Source of the DNA: a virus
IMG/VR virus record: IMGVR_UViG_3300046459_000427
Coordinates: 32,001 to 96,000 of that record
Direction: 5' to 3' (one strand)
Length of the DNA stretch: 64,000 nt
Within the stretch, counting starts at the first letter, position 1. Each line of letters starts with the position of its first letter. The notes under the pieces are model-generated. The model saw only the letters and a program-made list of their open reading frames with translations, did not search any database and had not been told where the DNA came from. Position numbers and translations under genes: made by a program. Below, in pieces: positions 17,022 to 25,309 of the stretch.

Positions 17022-17728
17022 CAGGGGGCCACTCTTCCGTTGTTGGTGTAGGCGATGTAGGTGAGCGGGAAGTGCTCGGCGAACGCCTCCTCCATGTCCT
17101 GCGCGACCTTCTCGATCTCCTGCTGGGGGAAGGAGGGGAACGTGGCGGAGGGGACGCGGGTGCGCAGGCCGAGGAAGTGCATCAGCGAGCGCGGGTTGCA
17201 GGTGGCGTAGAAGGAGGTGAACAGGCCGACCGGGAGGACGTCGCGGGCGATCTCCTTGGCGACTCCGGCCTTGAGCATCCGCTGGTACGAGGACCATGCG
17301 GTGCGGTAGGCCTGCTCGTGCTCCGCGCGGGTGATGCCGTACTGCTCGTCTGTGCCGTCCACGAAGGTGTAGGCGCCGGGCTTGCCCTCCTGCACGAGGG
17401 GGCGCGTGCGGTCGGGGACGTAGAAGACCGGCTCCAACTCCCTGTACCTTCCGCTGGTTTCGTTGTAACTCCAGCCGGAGCGGTGGCGCATGAACTCTCT
17501 GGCCACGAAGATCGGTGCCTCCACGAGGAAGGACAGTTGTCCGTGCTCGAAGGGGCTGCCGTGCCGGTCCCGCATCAGGTAGTTGATCAGGCCGGAGGCC
17601 TCCCCCGACTCCGCCGCAGCAGAGCCGAGGGTGGACACGCGGGCCGCCTGGCAGATCTTCGCGTCGGACCCGGCGAGGTTGTCCAGGTCGAGTGTCGCGG
17701 TGATCTCGGAGCGCTGGGAGATCGTCAC
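17021..17728 (-). CDS. thyX: flavin-dependent thymidylate synthase
   Basis: HGSPFEH, REFMRHRSGWSYNETSGRY, EIARDVLP, NPRSLMHFLGLR. Confidence 0.95.
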   Translation of the reverse strand: MTISQRSEITATLDLDNLAGSDAKICQAARVSTLGSAAAESGEASGLINYLMRDRHGSPFEHGQLSFLVEAPIFVAREFMRHRSGWSYNETSGRYRELEPVFYVPDRTRPLVQEGKPGAYTFVDGTDEQYGITRAEHEQAYRTAWSSYQRMLKAGVAKEIARDVLPVGLFTSFYATCNPRSLMHFLGLRTRVPSATFPSFPQQEIEKVAQDMEEAFAEHFPLTYIAYTNNGRVAP

Positions 17729-18405
17729 TTGGCGGACACCTTGCTCTTCGGCGCCTCGTCGTTCTTGATCGTGGCCTTGAAGAAGGCCCCGGCCGCGTCG
17801 TGCCAGACGACGACACCTTCGGGGTCCTGGAAGCCTGGGGCGATGAAGGAGCCGTCCGACTCCAAGGTATGAAGCGCGATGTTGACGGCGTAGTTCAGGT
17901 CGTTGCCGTTGGCGACCAGGATGACCGGGACGACGGTGACCTCCGGCGGGGCCGGTACGGCCTTGGGGAAGGTCGTCAGGTACTGGTCGGTGACCTCGGG
18001 GTCGCGGATGTCGTACCAGCGGTTGACGTTGAAGAGCGCGAATCGCTTCTCGTCGAGGCCGTAGCCGGACTGGATGCCCTTGCCGAACCACTCGCCGTAG
18101 TGGCGGCCGGGGCCGAGCGCGGTCAGCGCCACGGAGTTGTCGAAGACCCAGTTGGCGAAGCCGAAGTTGTCGTTGTTCCGGTCCAGCCAGCGGTTGCGGC
18201 TGCCTGCTCGGACGATGAAGGGTTCGTTGTCGCGGTAGGCGAGGACTCCCTGGGAGACGTCCTGGGTGTCGGCGTCGAAGTCCGCGAGCGGGGTGATCTC
18301 GATCAGGCCGTTCGTGCCGTCGACCTTCTCGGTAAGCACGACCTTGCGGTGCAGGCGGGGGATGGGGCGGAACTTCGGGTAATCGCTGGCCTTGAGGATG
18401 GTCAT
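17725..18405 (-). CDS. RNA ligase (Rnl2-like nucleotidyltransferase domain)
   Basis: TEKVDGTN (KxDG), GSRNR, YGEWFG, FALFNV, PEGVVV, FKATIK. Confidence 0.85.
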   Translation of the reverse strand: MTILKASDYPKFRPIPRLHRKVVLTEKVDGTNGLIEITPLADFDADTQDVSQGVLAYRDNEPFIVRAGSRNRWLDRNNDNFGFANWVFDNSVALTALGPGRHYGEWFGKGIQSGYGLDEKRFALFNVNRWYDIRDPEVTDQYLTTFPKAVPAPPEVTVVPVILVANGNDLNYAVNIALHTLESDGSFIAPGFQDPEGVVVWHDAAGAFFKATIKNDEAPKSKVSAK

Positions 18406-18412
18406 GTGGTGG

Positions 18413-18838
18413 TCAGTCCCCTTCGTAGGACGAGTAAGCGCTGAGTGGGATTCCGAAGCGGGGGCCGTAGGGGGTCTCAACCGTTCCTCCGGCCGCGAGC
18501 GCTTCCTTCTTGGAGATACGAAACACCATCTCGTGGTGATTGTCAACGTACTCGATCCAATCCGTTGACAAGCGTATTCCAGGCATCTCGGTGTCCAGGT
18601 CGTACAGGACGTAGCCCTCCCACCGGACGGACTGAACCGAGACGCCGACGTGCTGGTACAGCCGCAGCATCCAGTCGAACTGACCGACCTTGTAGACGTG
18701 CTCGCCCTGACGCACATAGACCGGATCGCGGTAGTTGGACAGGCACGTGCGGGGCGCCCCGGTGTGGAAGGAGTTACGCCACTCCCACGGCGGCCGGGGC
18801 TGCTCCACGCGTGTCGCCCTGCGGAGTACGTACCTCAT
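18413..18838 (-). CDS. hypothetical protein
   Basis: 141 aa ORF coupled to upstream stop. Confidence 0.65.
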   Translation of the reverse strand: MRYVLRRATRVEQPRPPWEWRNSFHTGAPRTCLSNYRDPVYVRQGEHVYKVGQFDWMLRLYQHVGVSVQSVRWEGYVLYDLDTEMPGIRLSTDWIEYVDNHHEMVFRISKKEALAAGGTVETPYGPRFGIPLSAYSSYEGD

Positions 18839-19344
18839 GCGTTCATCCGTCCGGCGCGGTTCTCCCGGTCGCCACGGCCGACCCTGCGGGTCAGTTCACG
18901 GCTCAGGAGGGTGTTCTTGCGGTCGGCGCTGTCGTAGACGGCCTGGAGCATCTTCCGGTAGGCGTAGGCGGCTGTCTTGGCCTCCTGGGCCGCCACGTAC
19001 TCCGGGTCCTCGTAGGCCATGGCCTTGGCGGCCGTCACGGTCTTCTGGTTGGAGTTGCGGACGGCCGACAGGGCCTTATGCGCTTCGAGTGTGTCGACGG
19101 ACGACTTTTCGTCCACCTCCGCCGCTGCCAGGCGCGCTCCCGTGTACTCCACCCACGACGTCGTCCTGGCGAACAGGCTCATCAGTTCGCCGTCGCTTAG
19201 AGCGGTGGGATCCTCCGGCAGTTCGGGCACGTCGCCGTCCGGCTTCGGGGGCAGGTACAGATCCTCGCGCTCCAGTTTCCTGGTCGCCTTCTGGCTGGGC
19301 GTCTGTACCGCTTCCCAGCCCTTCCTCGCTACCGCTCGCGTCAT
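18835..19344 (-). CDS. hypothetical coiled-coil protein
   Basis: 169 aa, GGAG RBS, GC3-rich codons. Confidence 0.75.
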   Translation of the reverse strand: MTRAVARKGWEAVQTPSQKATRKLEREDLYLPPKPDGDVPELPEDPTALSDGELMSLFARTTSWVEYTGARLAAAEVDEKSSVDTLEAHKALSAVRNSNQKTVTAAKAMAYEDPEYVAAQEAKTAAYAYRKMLQAVYDSADRKNTLLSRELTRRVGRGDRENRAGRMNA

Positions 19345-20293
19345 CGGTGGTGGTCTCCCAGCAGGTGTTGAAGAACGGACAGTCCTTGCAGGTCTTCTTG
19401 TCCTGGCCGCAGAAGTCCGGCCGTGGTGGTGGCTTGCCCTTCTTCAGGGCGTATTTGATGTCCAGAGCGGACTCGAACAGCGGCTCGGCGATCTCCGGGT
19501 TGTACTTGACGACGAATTCCTTGTGGGCCTGCGTCGCCTTGTACTCGTAGAGGAAGATCACCTTGTCGAAGGGAAGGCCCATCTCCTTGCACAGGCGCAG
19601 GTAGATCTGGGTCTGGCGTATGTGGCTGCCGAACGGGCGCCGCAGGGACTTCCACAGGCCGTCTGTGTCGATGACGGTCTTGCCGTCCTCGGTCTTCACG
19701 GTGAACTGCCGCAGCAGCTCGGGCTGGTCGAAGCGGACGGTGCCGTTACCGATGGACTTGACCTCGACGAGCGCGTTCAGGTCCTCAATGGCGCCGTCCT
19801 CGTGCCCGGCGATCAGGAACTCGCTCTCCGCCTGGAGGGGCACCTCGCAGTACTCTAGGTAGACCGGGAGGGCGGCGAGGTCAGTGCGGTTACGGCAGGA
19901 GGGGCAGGCGATGCGTCCGGCCGTGCCCGTCTCCCAGTAGTCGCAGACAGGGCACTTCCACTTCCCCCACAGGCGGCCCATCTGCTGGAGCCACGTCTGC
20001 CACTTCGCGTGGATCGCGTGACCCTCCATGAAGACGGTCTCCAGTTGCGCGGAGAAGTTCCGGCTCTTCTCGGGGGAAGCCCCCGCCAGCCTGTAGTAGG
20101 TCTGACGGGGGCACCAGTCGCTCTTGGCCATCTCCGACGGATGGATGATGTCCTGCCGACGGTCGGTCGGCTTGTCGTGCTCTTCCAGGAGGTGCTTGTG
20201 GATGTCGCCGAGGAGGACGGAATTACTCTTCTTCGTCTCCGCCAGCGACGCGATCCGGCCAGATGGCTTCAAGGGTTTCTTTGCTCGGGGCAC
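19076..20293 (-). CDS. Cas4-like PD-(D/E)xK exonuclease
   Basis: HPSEM...CPRQ, GHAIH, GHEDG...VEVKS, QTQIY, C-terminal CKDCPFFNTC; GTG 20293 after GGAG. Confidence 0.85.
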   Translation of the reverse strand: MPRAKKPLKPSGRIASLAETKKSNSVLLGDIHKHLLEEHDKPTDRRQDIIHPSEMAKSDWCPRQTYYRLAGASPEKSRNFSAQLETVFMEGHAIHAKWQTWLQQMGRLWGKWKCPVCDYWETGTAGRIACPSCRNRTDLAALPVYLEYCEVPLQAESEFLIAGHEDGAIEDLNALVEVKSIGNGTVRFDQPELLRQFTVKTEDGKTVIDTDGLWKSLRRPFGSHIRQTQIYLRLCKEMGLPFDKVIFLYEYKATQAHKEFVVKYNPEIAEPLFESALDIKYALKKGKPPPRPDFCGQDKKTCKDCPFFNTCWETTTDDASGSEEGLGSGTDAQPEGDQETGARGSVPAPEAGRRRARTAGGSHRSKRRRTDEPVRQDDVVGGVHGSAPGSGGGGRKVVRRHTRSA

Positions 20294-20603
20294 GGTCGAA
20301 ACTCCACTCGTTCTTGGGCACGAACCTCCTGATGTAGGCCCGCTCCAGGACGGTGAGTCCGCCCCAGATTCCGTAGTGCTCGTTGTTGACGAGCGCGAAT
20401 TCCAGACACTGTTCCCGGAGGGGGCAAACCCTTTCGGTATAGGTGCCATTGCAGATGTGCTTGGCCTGGGCCTCGCTGCCGCTGCCGTCCCCGAAGAAGT
20501 CGTCGTGTTCCCGCGTCGGCCGGAACTTGCGGCACGAGGCTTCCTTTTCAGGATTACCTCCGCCGTCCCACTCCGGGGCATTCAGTCGGAGGTGCATTAC
20601 CAC
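20223..20603 (-). CDS. whiB: WhiB-family transcription factor
   Basis: four Cys (C...AKHIC...CPLREQC) and YGIWGGLT. Confidence 0.92.
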   Translation of the reverse strand: MVMHLRLNAPEWDGGGNPEKEASCRKFRPTREHDDFFGDGSGSEAQAKHICNGTYTERVCPLREQCLEFALVNNEHYGIWGGLTVLERAYIRRFVPKNEWSFDRAPSKETLEAIWPDRVAGGDEEE

Positions 20604-20941
20604 GGCAGTATCTCCTCGGCGTCCATTTCCGGATGCGCCAGGGCATGAAGCGCCAGGAAAGTCTCTTCGGACATCGTGATCCAGTTCCTTCCACCGGACA
20701 TCTGAGTCCCGAAGAGCATTTCCCTGCCATCGATCAGGGCTTGCTTCTCTGCGGTGATCAGTTCTTTTTCTTTGAGCGAGTACGAGCCCTTACTGGTGAC
20801 CTTGTACTCGATCGAGTAATCCGGAGTGCGGACGTCGTTCTTTCGCACCCAACCGTTGCCGCTACCCGCGTTCACCGTCCCGCCGAGGAGTTCCGCTCCC
20901 CGCCGCTCCTGCCTCTGGCTCTTCTTGAGCATGTCCGCCAT
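20597..20941 (-). CDS. Holliday-junction resolvase-like PD-(D/E)xK nuclease
   Basis: QERR...GSGNG...KNDVR...IEYKVT; ATG 20941 after GGAGG. Confidence 0.75.
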   Translation of the reverse strand: MADMLKKSQRQERRGAELLGGTVNAGSGNGWVRKNDVRTPDYSIEYKVTSKGSYSLKEKELITAEKQALIDGREMLFGTQMSGGRNWITMSEETFLALHALAHPEMDAEEILPW

Positions 20942-21074
20942 ATGAGGCCTCCAGGAGTGTGGCGAGGAGATTGAACTTCTCGTGGGACCGGCCCTGGCGC
21001 CGGGAGTACCGGACGCCAAGGGCCAGGATGTAAACGGCTGCTATGACCAGCAGCGCGGAGAGGATGGCCACCAT
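20862..21074 (-). CDS. small membrane protein
   Basis: N-terminal TM helix; TGATG coupling to recA stop. Confidence 0.55.
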   Translation of the reverse strand: MVAILSALLVIAAVYILALGVRYSRRQGRSHEKFNLLATLLEASYGGHAQEEPEAGAAGSGTPRRDGERG

Positions 21075-22258
21075 CAGGCGGCCTGGGTATGAAGCCCGTC
21101 GGCCTCTTCCGGCTTCGGCCGTCGGCTGACCTTCTTGGTGCCCGAGTTCTCGGCGGCCGTCAGGTCGTCCTCGGAGATGGAACGCTCATCCGCGTGCTGC
21201 GAGGCGGCGAGGACCTTTTCGTAGAGGAATTCCTGGAGGTCCAGGTCCTCTCGAATTGCGGCGAGGGTGTTCTCCTTGCTGTGCCAGCGAAGGACGGGCT
21301 TTCCCCTGTCGTCGTATTCGCCGTTGTCGACCTCGTAGTAAGCGCCCGCGCGCTTGATGACGTCGAAGAGGATCCCCATGATCATGATTTCCTTTGTGGT
21401 GTCGAAATCACCACGGGTGAAATTCAGATAGGGAGCGGAGCGGAAGTAGGCGTCGATCGTGGCGATCTGCTGCGGGGCCGCCGACTTGTTCTTGATGGTC
21501 TTCACCTTGATGACCTGGCCGACGTTCACCTTGCCCTTTCCGGGCCGAGGCTCCTGAATCCACTCGTCGCGTCGGACTTCCACCCTGGTGTAGAACGCAT
21601 AATTCTTCGCGTTTCCGCCGGGGGTTGTGGTCGGCGTGCCGTGCGGGGAGAACTTGCCGATGGCGTCGCGGTACTGGTTGATGACGATGCCGAGCAGCGG
21701 GCGGTCCTCGGGGTCGGTCATGCTGCGCTTCGTCGCGGCGCCGGACTTCCGGAAGAACTTGCCGGTGAGACGGGCGCCCAGCGCCATGGTCGCCTCGTCC
21801 ATGTCCTTCTCGGACTCCTCGTCCGGTATGAGCGCCGGGTAGGAGTCGAGGACGATCATGTCGACCGAGCGGGACGTCGCGAAGTCGAGCATGGTCTGGT
21901 AGGCGAATTCCATGGCCTGGGTGGGGACGACGATCACGCGGTCGTTGTCGACGCCCAGCGCTTCGGCCTGGTCGGTGTCGTAGTGCTCTGCGGCGATCCA
22001 CAGGCACGTGAAGTCGGGGTCCTTCTTCTGGTTGGCGGCCAGCGTCTTGTAGACGATGAAGGTCTTGCCGTGGGACTCACGGCCGATGACCTCGACCCAC
22101 TGGTTGCCCGGCCAGCCACCGCCGAGGGCGATGTCCAGGGAGAGGGAGCCGGAGGTGAAGCGCTTGGCCACGCGCATGTCCGAGGCGAAACACACGGCAC
22201 CCGGATGGGTCTTGTTGATCTTGGCGAGAAGTGCGAGGGCGTCCTTGTTCACGCTCAA
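21074..22258 (-). CDS. recA: RecA recombinase
   Basis: SGSLSLDIALGGG, GRESHGKT Walker A, IVLDS Walker B, INQYR, TPGGNAKNY; start probably TTG 22258 or GTG 22252. Confidence 0.95.
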   Translation of the reverse strand: MSVNKDALALLAKINKTHPGAVCFASDMRVAKRFTSGSLSLDIALGGGWPGNQWVEVIGRESHGKTFIVYKTLAANQKKDPDFTCLWIAAEHYDTDQAEALGVDNDRVIVVPTQAMEFAYQTMLDFATSRSVDMIVLDSYPALIPDEESEKDMDEATMALGARLTGKFFRKSGAATKRSMTDPEDRPLLGIVINQYRDAIGKFSPHGTPTTTPGGNAKNYAFYTRVEVRRDEWIQEPRPGKGKVNVGQVIKVKTIKNKSAAPQQIATIDAYFRSAPYLNFTRGDFDTTKEIMIMGILFDVIKRAGAYYEVDNGEYDDRGKPVLRWHSKENTLAAIREDLDLQEFLYEKVLAASQHADERSISEDDLTAAENSGTKKVSRRPKPEEADGLHTQAA

Positions 22259-22333
22259 CAGGGGCCCCCGTAGGTATGAAGTCGCATGTGTGGTGTTACT
22301 CCTGATCCGATAGCGCGGAAGCGATAACGAAGA

Positions 22334-22374
22334 ACCGGTAGTCCCCATACCATAACGGTGAAGGGACTACCGGT
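22334..22374 (-). terminator. hairpin terminator after nrdJ
   Basis: ACCGGTAGTCCC / GGGACTACCGGT inverted repeat. Confidence 0.75.
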
Positions 22375-22417
22375 CCACTCATGTATCAACTAGTCCAGCG
22401 AAGAACTTTGAGAACTT

Positions 22418-24379
22418 TCAGGCAGTCACGAGGTCGACGTCCTCGCAGCCACCGGCCGCCGAGCAAGCCAGCGCCTGGGAGCCCACGGTCTGGTCGTAGG
22501 TCTCGTAAAAGGCCAGGTCCGACCACTCGACGCGGTGCTCCTGGGTGATCAGAGCCTCGTACTCGGCCTCCGTGATCTCCTCGTACGGCGCCTGCACGTA
22601 GGTGTGATCGCTGTACGGAAGGAAGGAGACTCCCGAGATCTCGCCCAGGTGCTCCCAGACCCACTCGCCGACCTCGTCCCACTCGTGCTCGCGCACGCTG
22701 ATGGTCACCGACGGCTTGTGCTCGCACCAGAAGCGCTGATAGGCGAGCCAGATCTTCAGGTGCTCGATCGCGGAGACGTCTTCACGCACCAGCGCGGTGT
22801 TGCTGGCACGCTGGGCGAAGGTGAACACCCACGCCGAGGAGTTGTAGGCGTCCTCCTCGTGCGGAATCCCCCCGTCGATCATCACGAACGAGATGGGGTC
22901 CTTCTTGTCCACCCGCACGCGCCGCTTGTAGAAGCGGGCGTGCTTGGTATGAAGCCCGCTCTCGCAGTCGACCAACTGGGAGACGGTCCCGGAGGGCTTC
23001 ACGCAGGTGATCGCGTCCGAGGACGGGATGCCGATGCGCCGGGCCTCCTTCTCGTTGGCGATGCGGGCCGTCAGGCGAAGGTCGGTCAGCGTGAGGGACG
23101 TGAGGCCGTCACCCTTGCTGCCGTCGGTGTTCTGGTTGCCGAAGACCCCGGTGAGGGAGACGCCCAGCAGCCGCTCCTCCTCCGCGTTCTTGCGCCACTC
23201 CTCACGCAGGTACGGGTAGTCCGTCAGCGTGCTCTGCCAGGTGCCCAGGGTGGCCGCCAGGCTCACCTTGCGCTCCAGGTCCTCGACGGTGTCCTCCGGC
23301 CGCACGACGACCTCGGACAGGTTGCAGAACGAGAACGGCCGAAGAATGATCTCCGAGCACGGGTTGGTCCCGTAGTCGGTGTCGGCCGAGCGGTGCCCGT
23401 ACTTCGCAGCCTGACGCTGGGCCGCACCACGGTGGAAGATGCCACGCTCACCCGAGCCGCTGGCTACCAGGGAGCCCCACTCGGCGCGGAAGTCCTCGTG
23501 ACGCATGCCGTCGTAGTAGACGGCCGAGTTGTTGGCCAGCGCACGGTAGCCGTGATCCTTCCACCACTCCCCAGCCTTCGCCTGCGCCATCTCCTGGTCG
23601 TCCAGATCGGACAGGGAGATCATCGCGGACCGCCGGACACCACCGACCACGACGACGCTGGCTATCTTGCAGGCGATGTCGTGGACCTCGATCGGCCGGA
23701 ACTTCCGACCGGCGGCCTGGTGGAACTTCTCCACGGTGAACGCGAACAGTTCGTCCAGCGGACCCGGGCCGGAGGCACGCCCACCGAAGGTACGAAGGCG
23801 GGCACCGGCAGGCCGGATCCCGGACAGGTCCCACTGGTGTACCTCGCCCTGCCACAGGCCTTCCAGCAGGGCCCGGAACGCATAGCCCCAGCCCTCCTTG
23901 GAGTCCTCGACGACGATCACGTCGGCAGACGCCCGAAGGGTGTCCGGGACGGCAGGCAACTGGTCGGTGTACTGGCGCTCGACCGAGTAGCCGACGCCCG
24001 TGCCGTTCATGAGGATGTAGAGGAGTTCGTCCAGGGCGCGCGGGTCCTGGAGCGGCAGGTACGAACAGTTGAAGCCCGCGATGTTCGAGCGGTCCAGGGC
24101 GGCACCGGCCGTCATCACCGCGCGCATCGACGGCATGACCTCGTGGTTGAGGACCGCCTGGCGGACGGCCGCGACGACCCCCTGCTCGGGGATGTAGTCG
24201 TGCTTGTCCTTCAACTGGCCGAGCATGAAGTCGACGTAGCGGTCGACGGTCTCGGTCCAGGTCTCGCGGCGGTTGCGCTCCTCGTCCCAGCGGGCGTACC
24301 GGGACTTGGCGATGAAGGAGCGGTAGGGGTCGGCGATGTCGCCGGTCGGAGTGAGCAGGGAGGTCACCAGGAGGTCCAT
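22418..24379 (-). CDS. nrdJ: class II (B12-dependent) ribonucleotide reductase
   Basis: FNCSY, GGVRRSA, GTNPCSEI, FCNLSE, CVKPSGTVS, C-terminal Cys pair; no small subunit gene nearby. Confidence 0.93.
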   Translation of the reverse strand: MDLLVTSLLTPTGDIADPYRSFIAKSRYARWDEERNRRETWTETVDRYVDFMLGQLKDKHDYIPEQGVVAAVRQAVLNHEVMPSMRAVMTAGAALDRSNIAGFNCSYLPLQDPRALDELLYILMNGTGVGYSVERQYTDQLPAVPDTLRASADVIVVEDSKEGWGYAFRALLEGLWQGEVHQWDLSGIRPAGARLRTFGGRASGPGPLDELFAFTVEKFHQAAGRKFRPIEVHDIACKIASVVVVGGVRRSAMISLSDLDDQEMAQAKAGEWWKDHGYRALANNSAVYYDGMRHEDFRAEWGSLVASGSGERGIFHRGAAQRQAAKYGHRSADTDYGTNPCSEIILRPFSFCNLSEVVVRPEDTVEDLERKVSLAATLGTWQSTLTDYPYLREEWRKNAEEERLLGVSLTGVFGNQNTDGSKGDGLTSLTLTDLRLTARIANEKEARRIGIPSSDAITCVKPSGTVSQLVDCESGLHTKHARFYKRRVRVDKKDPISFVMIDGGIPHEEDAYNSSAWVFTFAQRASNTALVREDVSAIEHLKIWLAYQRFWCEHKPSVTISVREHEWDEVGEWVWEHLGEISGVSFLPYSDHTYVQAPYEEITEAEYEALITQEHRVEWSDLAFYETYDQTVGSQALACSAAGGCEDVDLVTA

Positions 24380-24402
24380 TCAGTAGGTAAGGAGGGGGGC
24401 GC

Positions 24403-24858
24403 TCAGACGGAGCCGTCAGACCGGATGAACGCGCCGGGGTTGTAGTTGCTCTGTCCGCCTCGGCCGCCAGCGGCGGTCTGCTTGGCGGGGGTGGCCGGTC
24501 CGTCTCCGGTGCTGCCGGACGGAAGGCCTGCGGTGCTCTGCGTGAAGCGCGGGTTGTATCCGCACGTGTAGCACTGAGCCATGGCATTGGGCTGGCCGAT
24601 GGGTTTGAAGTAGTCGTTGCCACCACAGTCGGGGCAGTGGGTGTCCTGCTTGGCGACCATCGCACGGGCCGGAGCCTTGCCCTGGGGCTGCTCTGGCACT
24701 GTCTGCGGGGCCTGCGCCGGGGTGGGGTAGGGCTGCTGTCCGGAGGCCCACCAGGGGCTGCCGGACTGCTGCTGTGGTTGCTGCTGCGGCACCGGGGCCG
24801 GGGCCGGGGCGGCCGGTCGAGCAGCCGCCCCCAACTTGTTAGCCCAGAAGTTGCTCAC
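24403..24858 (-). CDS. Pro/Gln-rich zinc-ribbon protein
   Basis: CPDCG and CYTCG pairs. Confidence 0.75.
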   Translation of the reverse strand: MSNFWANKLGAAARPAAPAPAPVPQQQPQQQSGSPWWASGQQPYPTPAQAPQTVPEQPQGKAPARAMVAKQDTHCPDCGGNDYFKPIGQPNAMAQCYTCGYNPRFTQSTAGLPSGSTGDGPATPAKQTAAGGRGGQSNYNPGAFIRSDGSV

Positions 24859-25309
24859 CGAACTGCACTCCTTCTGCGTACGTGATGATTCCCATGTCGA
24901 AGAGGTTGGCGAGAATTGCCACGACCCCAGCGCGCAGAACAGAGGAGTGATGCCGCTGGAGAGCGACAGCCGTTTCCTCGTCCGCTGAAATACCCGAGTT
25001 AACCAGCATAGCCGAGGCAGTAATGCCGGAAACTAGTGGAACGAGGAGGTCCAACATTTCCTTGACGTCCTGGACCTCGTTGAGCCTTTCGTGGCTGGCC
25101 CGGTGTTCCATTGCGGCGACGTCCGGGCTGTCCGGGGTCAGTTTCATGAGCGGGATCATGGCCGGGACGTCGGGGCACGGAATGATGTCCCAGAGCAGCC
25201 GCTTGACGAGCATCTGAGGGGTGAAGATATCGATCCGGGGGGTCTCCTCTTCCTCCTACTCGAAATCCGCCTCGTCGCTATTGCCCTTGTTTCGGTTGAA
25301 GAATCCCAT
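24839..25309 (-). pseudogene. hypothetical gene interrupted by an in-frame TAG (or readthrough gene)
   Basis: ATG 25309 coupled to polA stop; MGFFNRNKGNSDEADFE-TAG(25256-25258)-EEEETPRIDIFTPQMLVKR continues in frame to 24839. Confidence 0.6.

Noticed and set aside
19076-20293. Cas4-like gene as sign of a CRISPR system
   Set aside because: No repeat-spacer array or other cas genes seen; solo Cas4-like nucleases are common in phage recombination modules.
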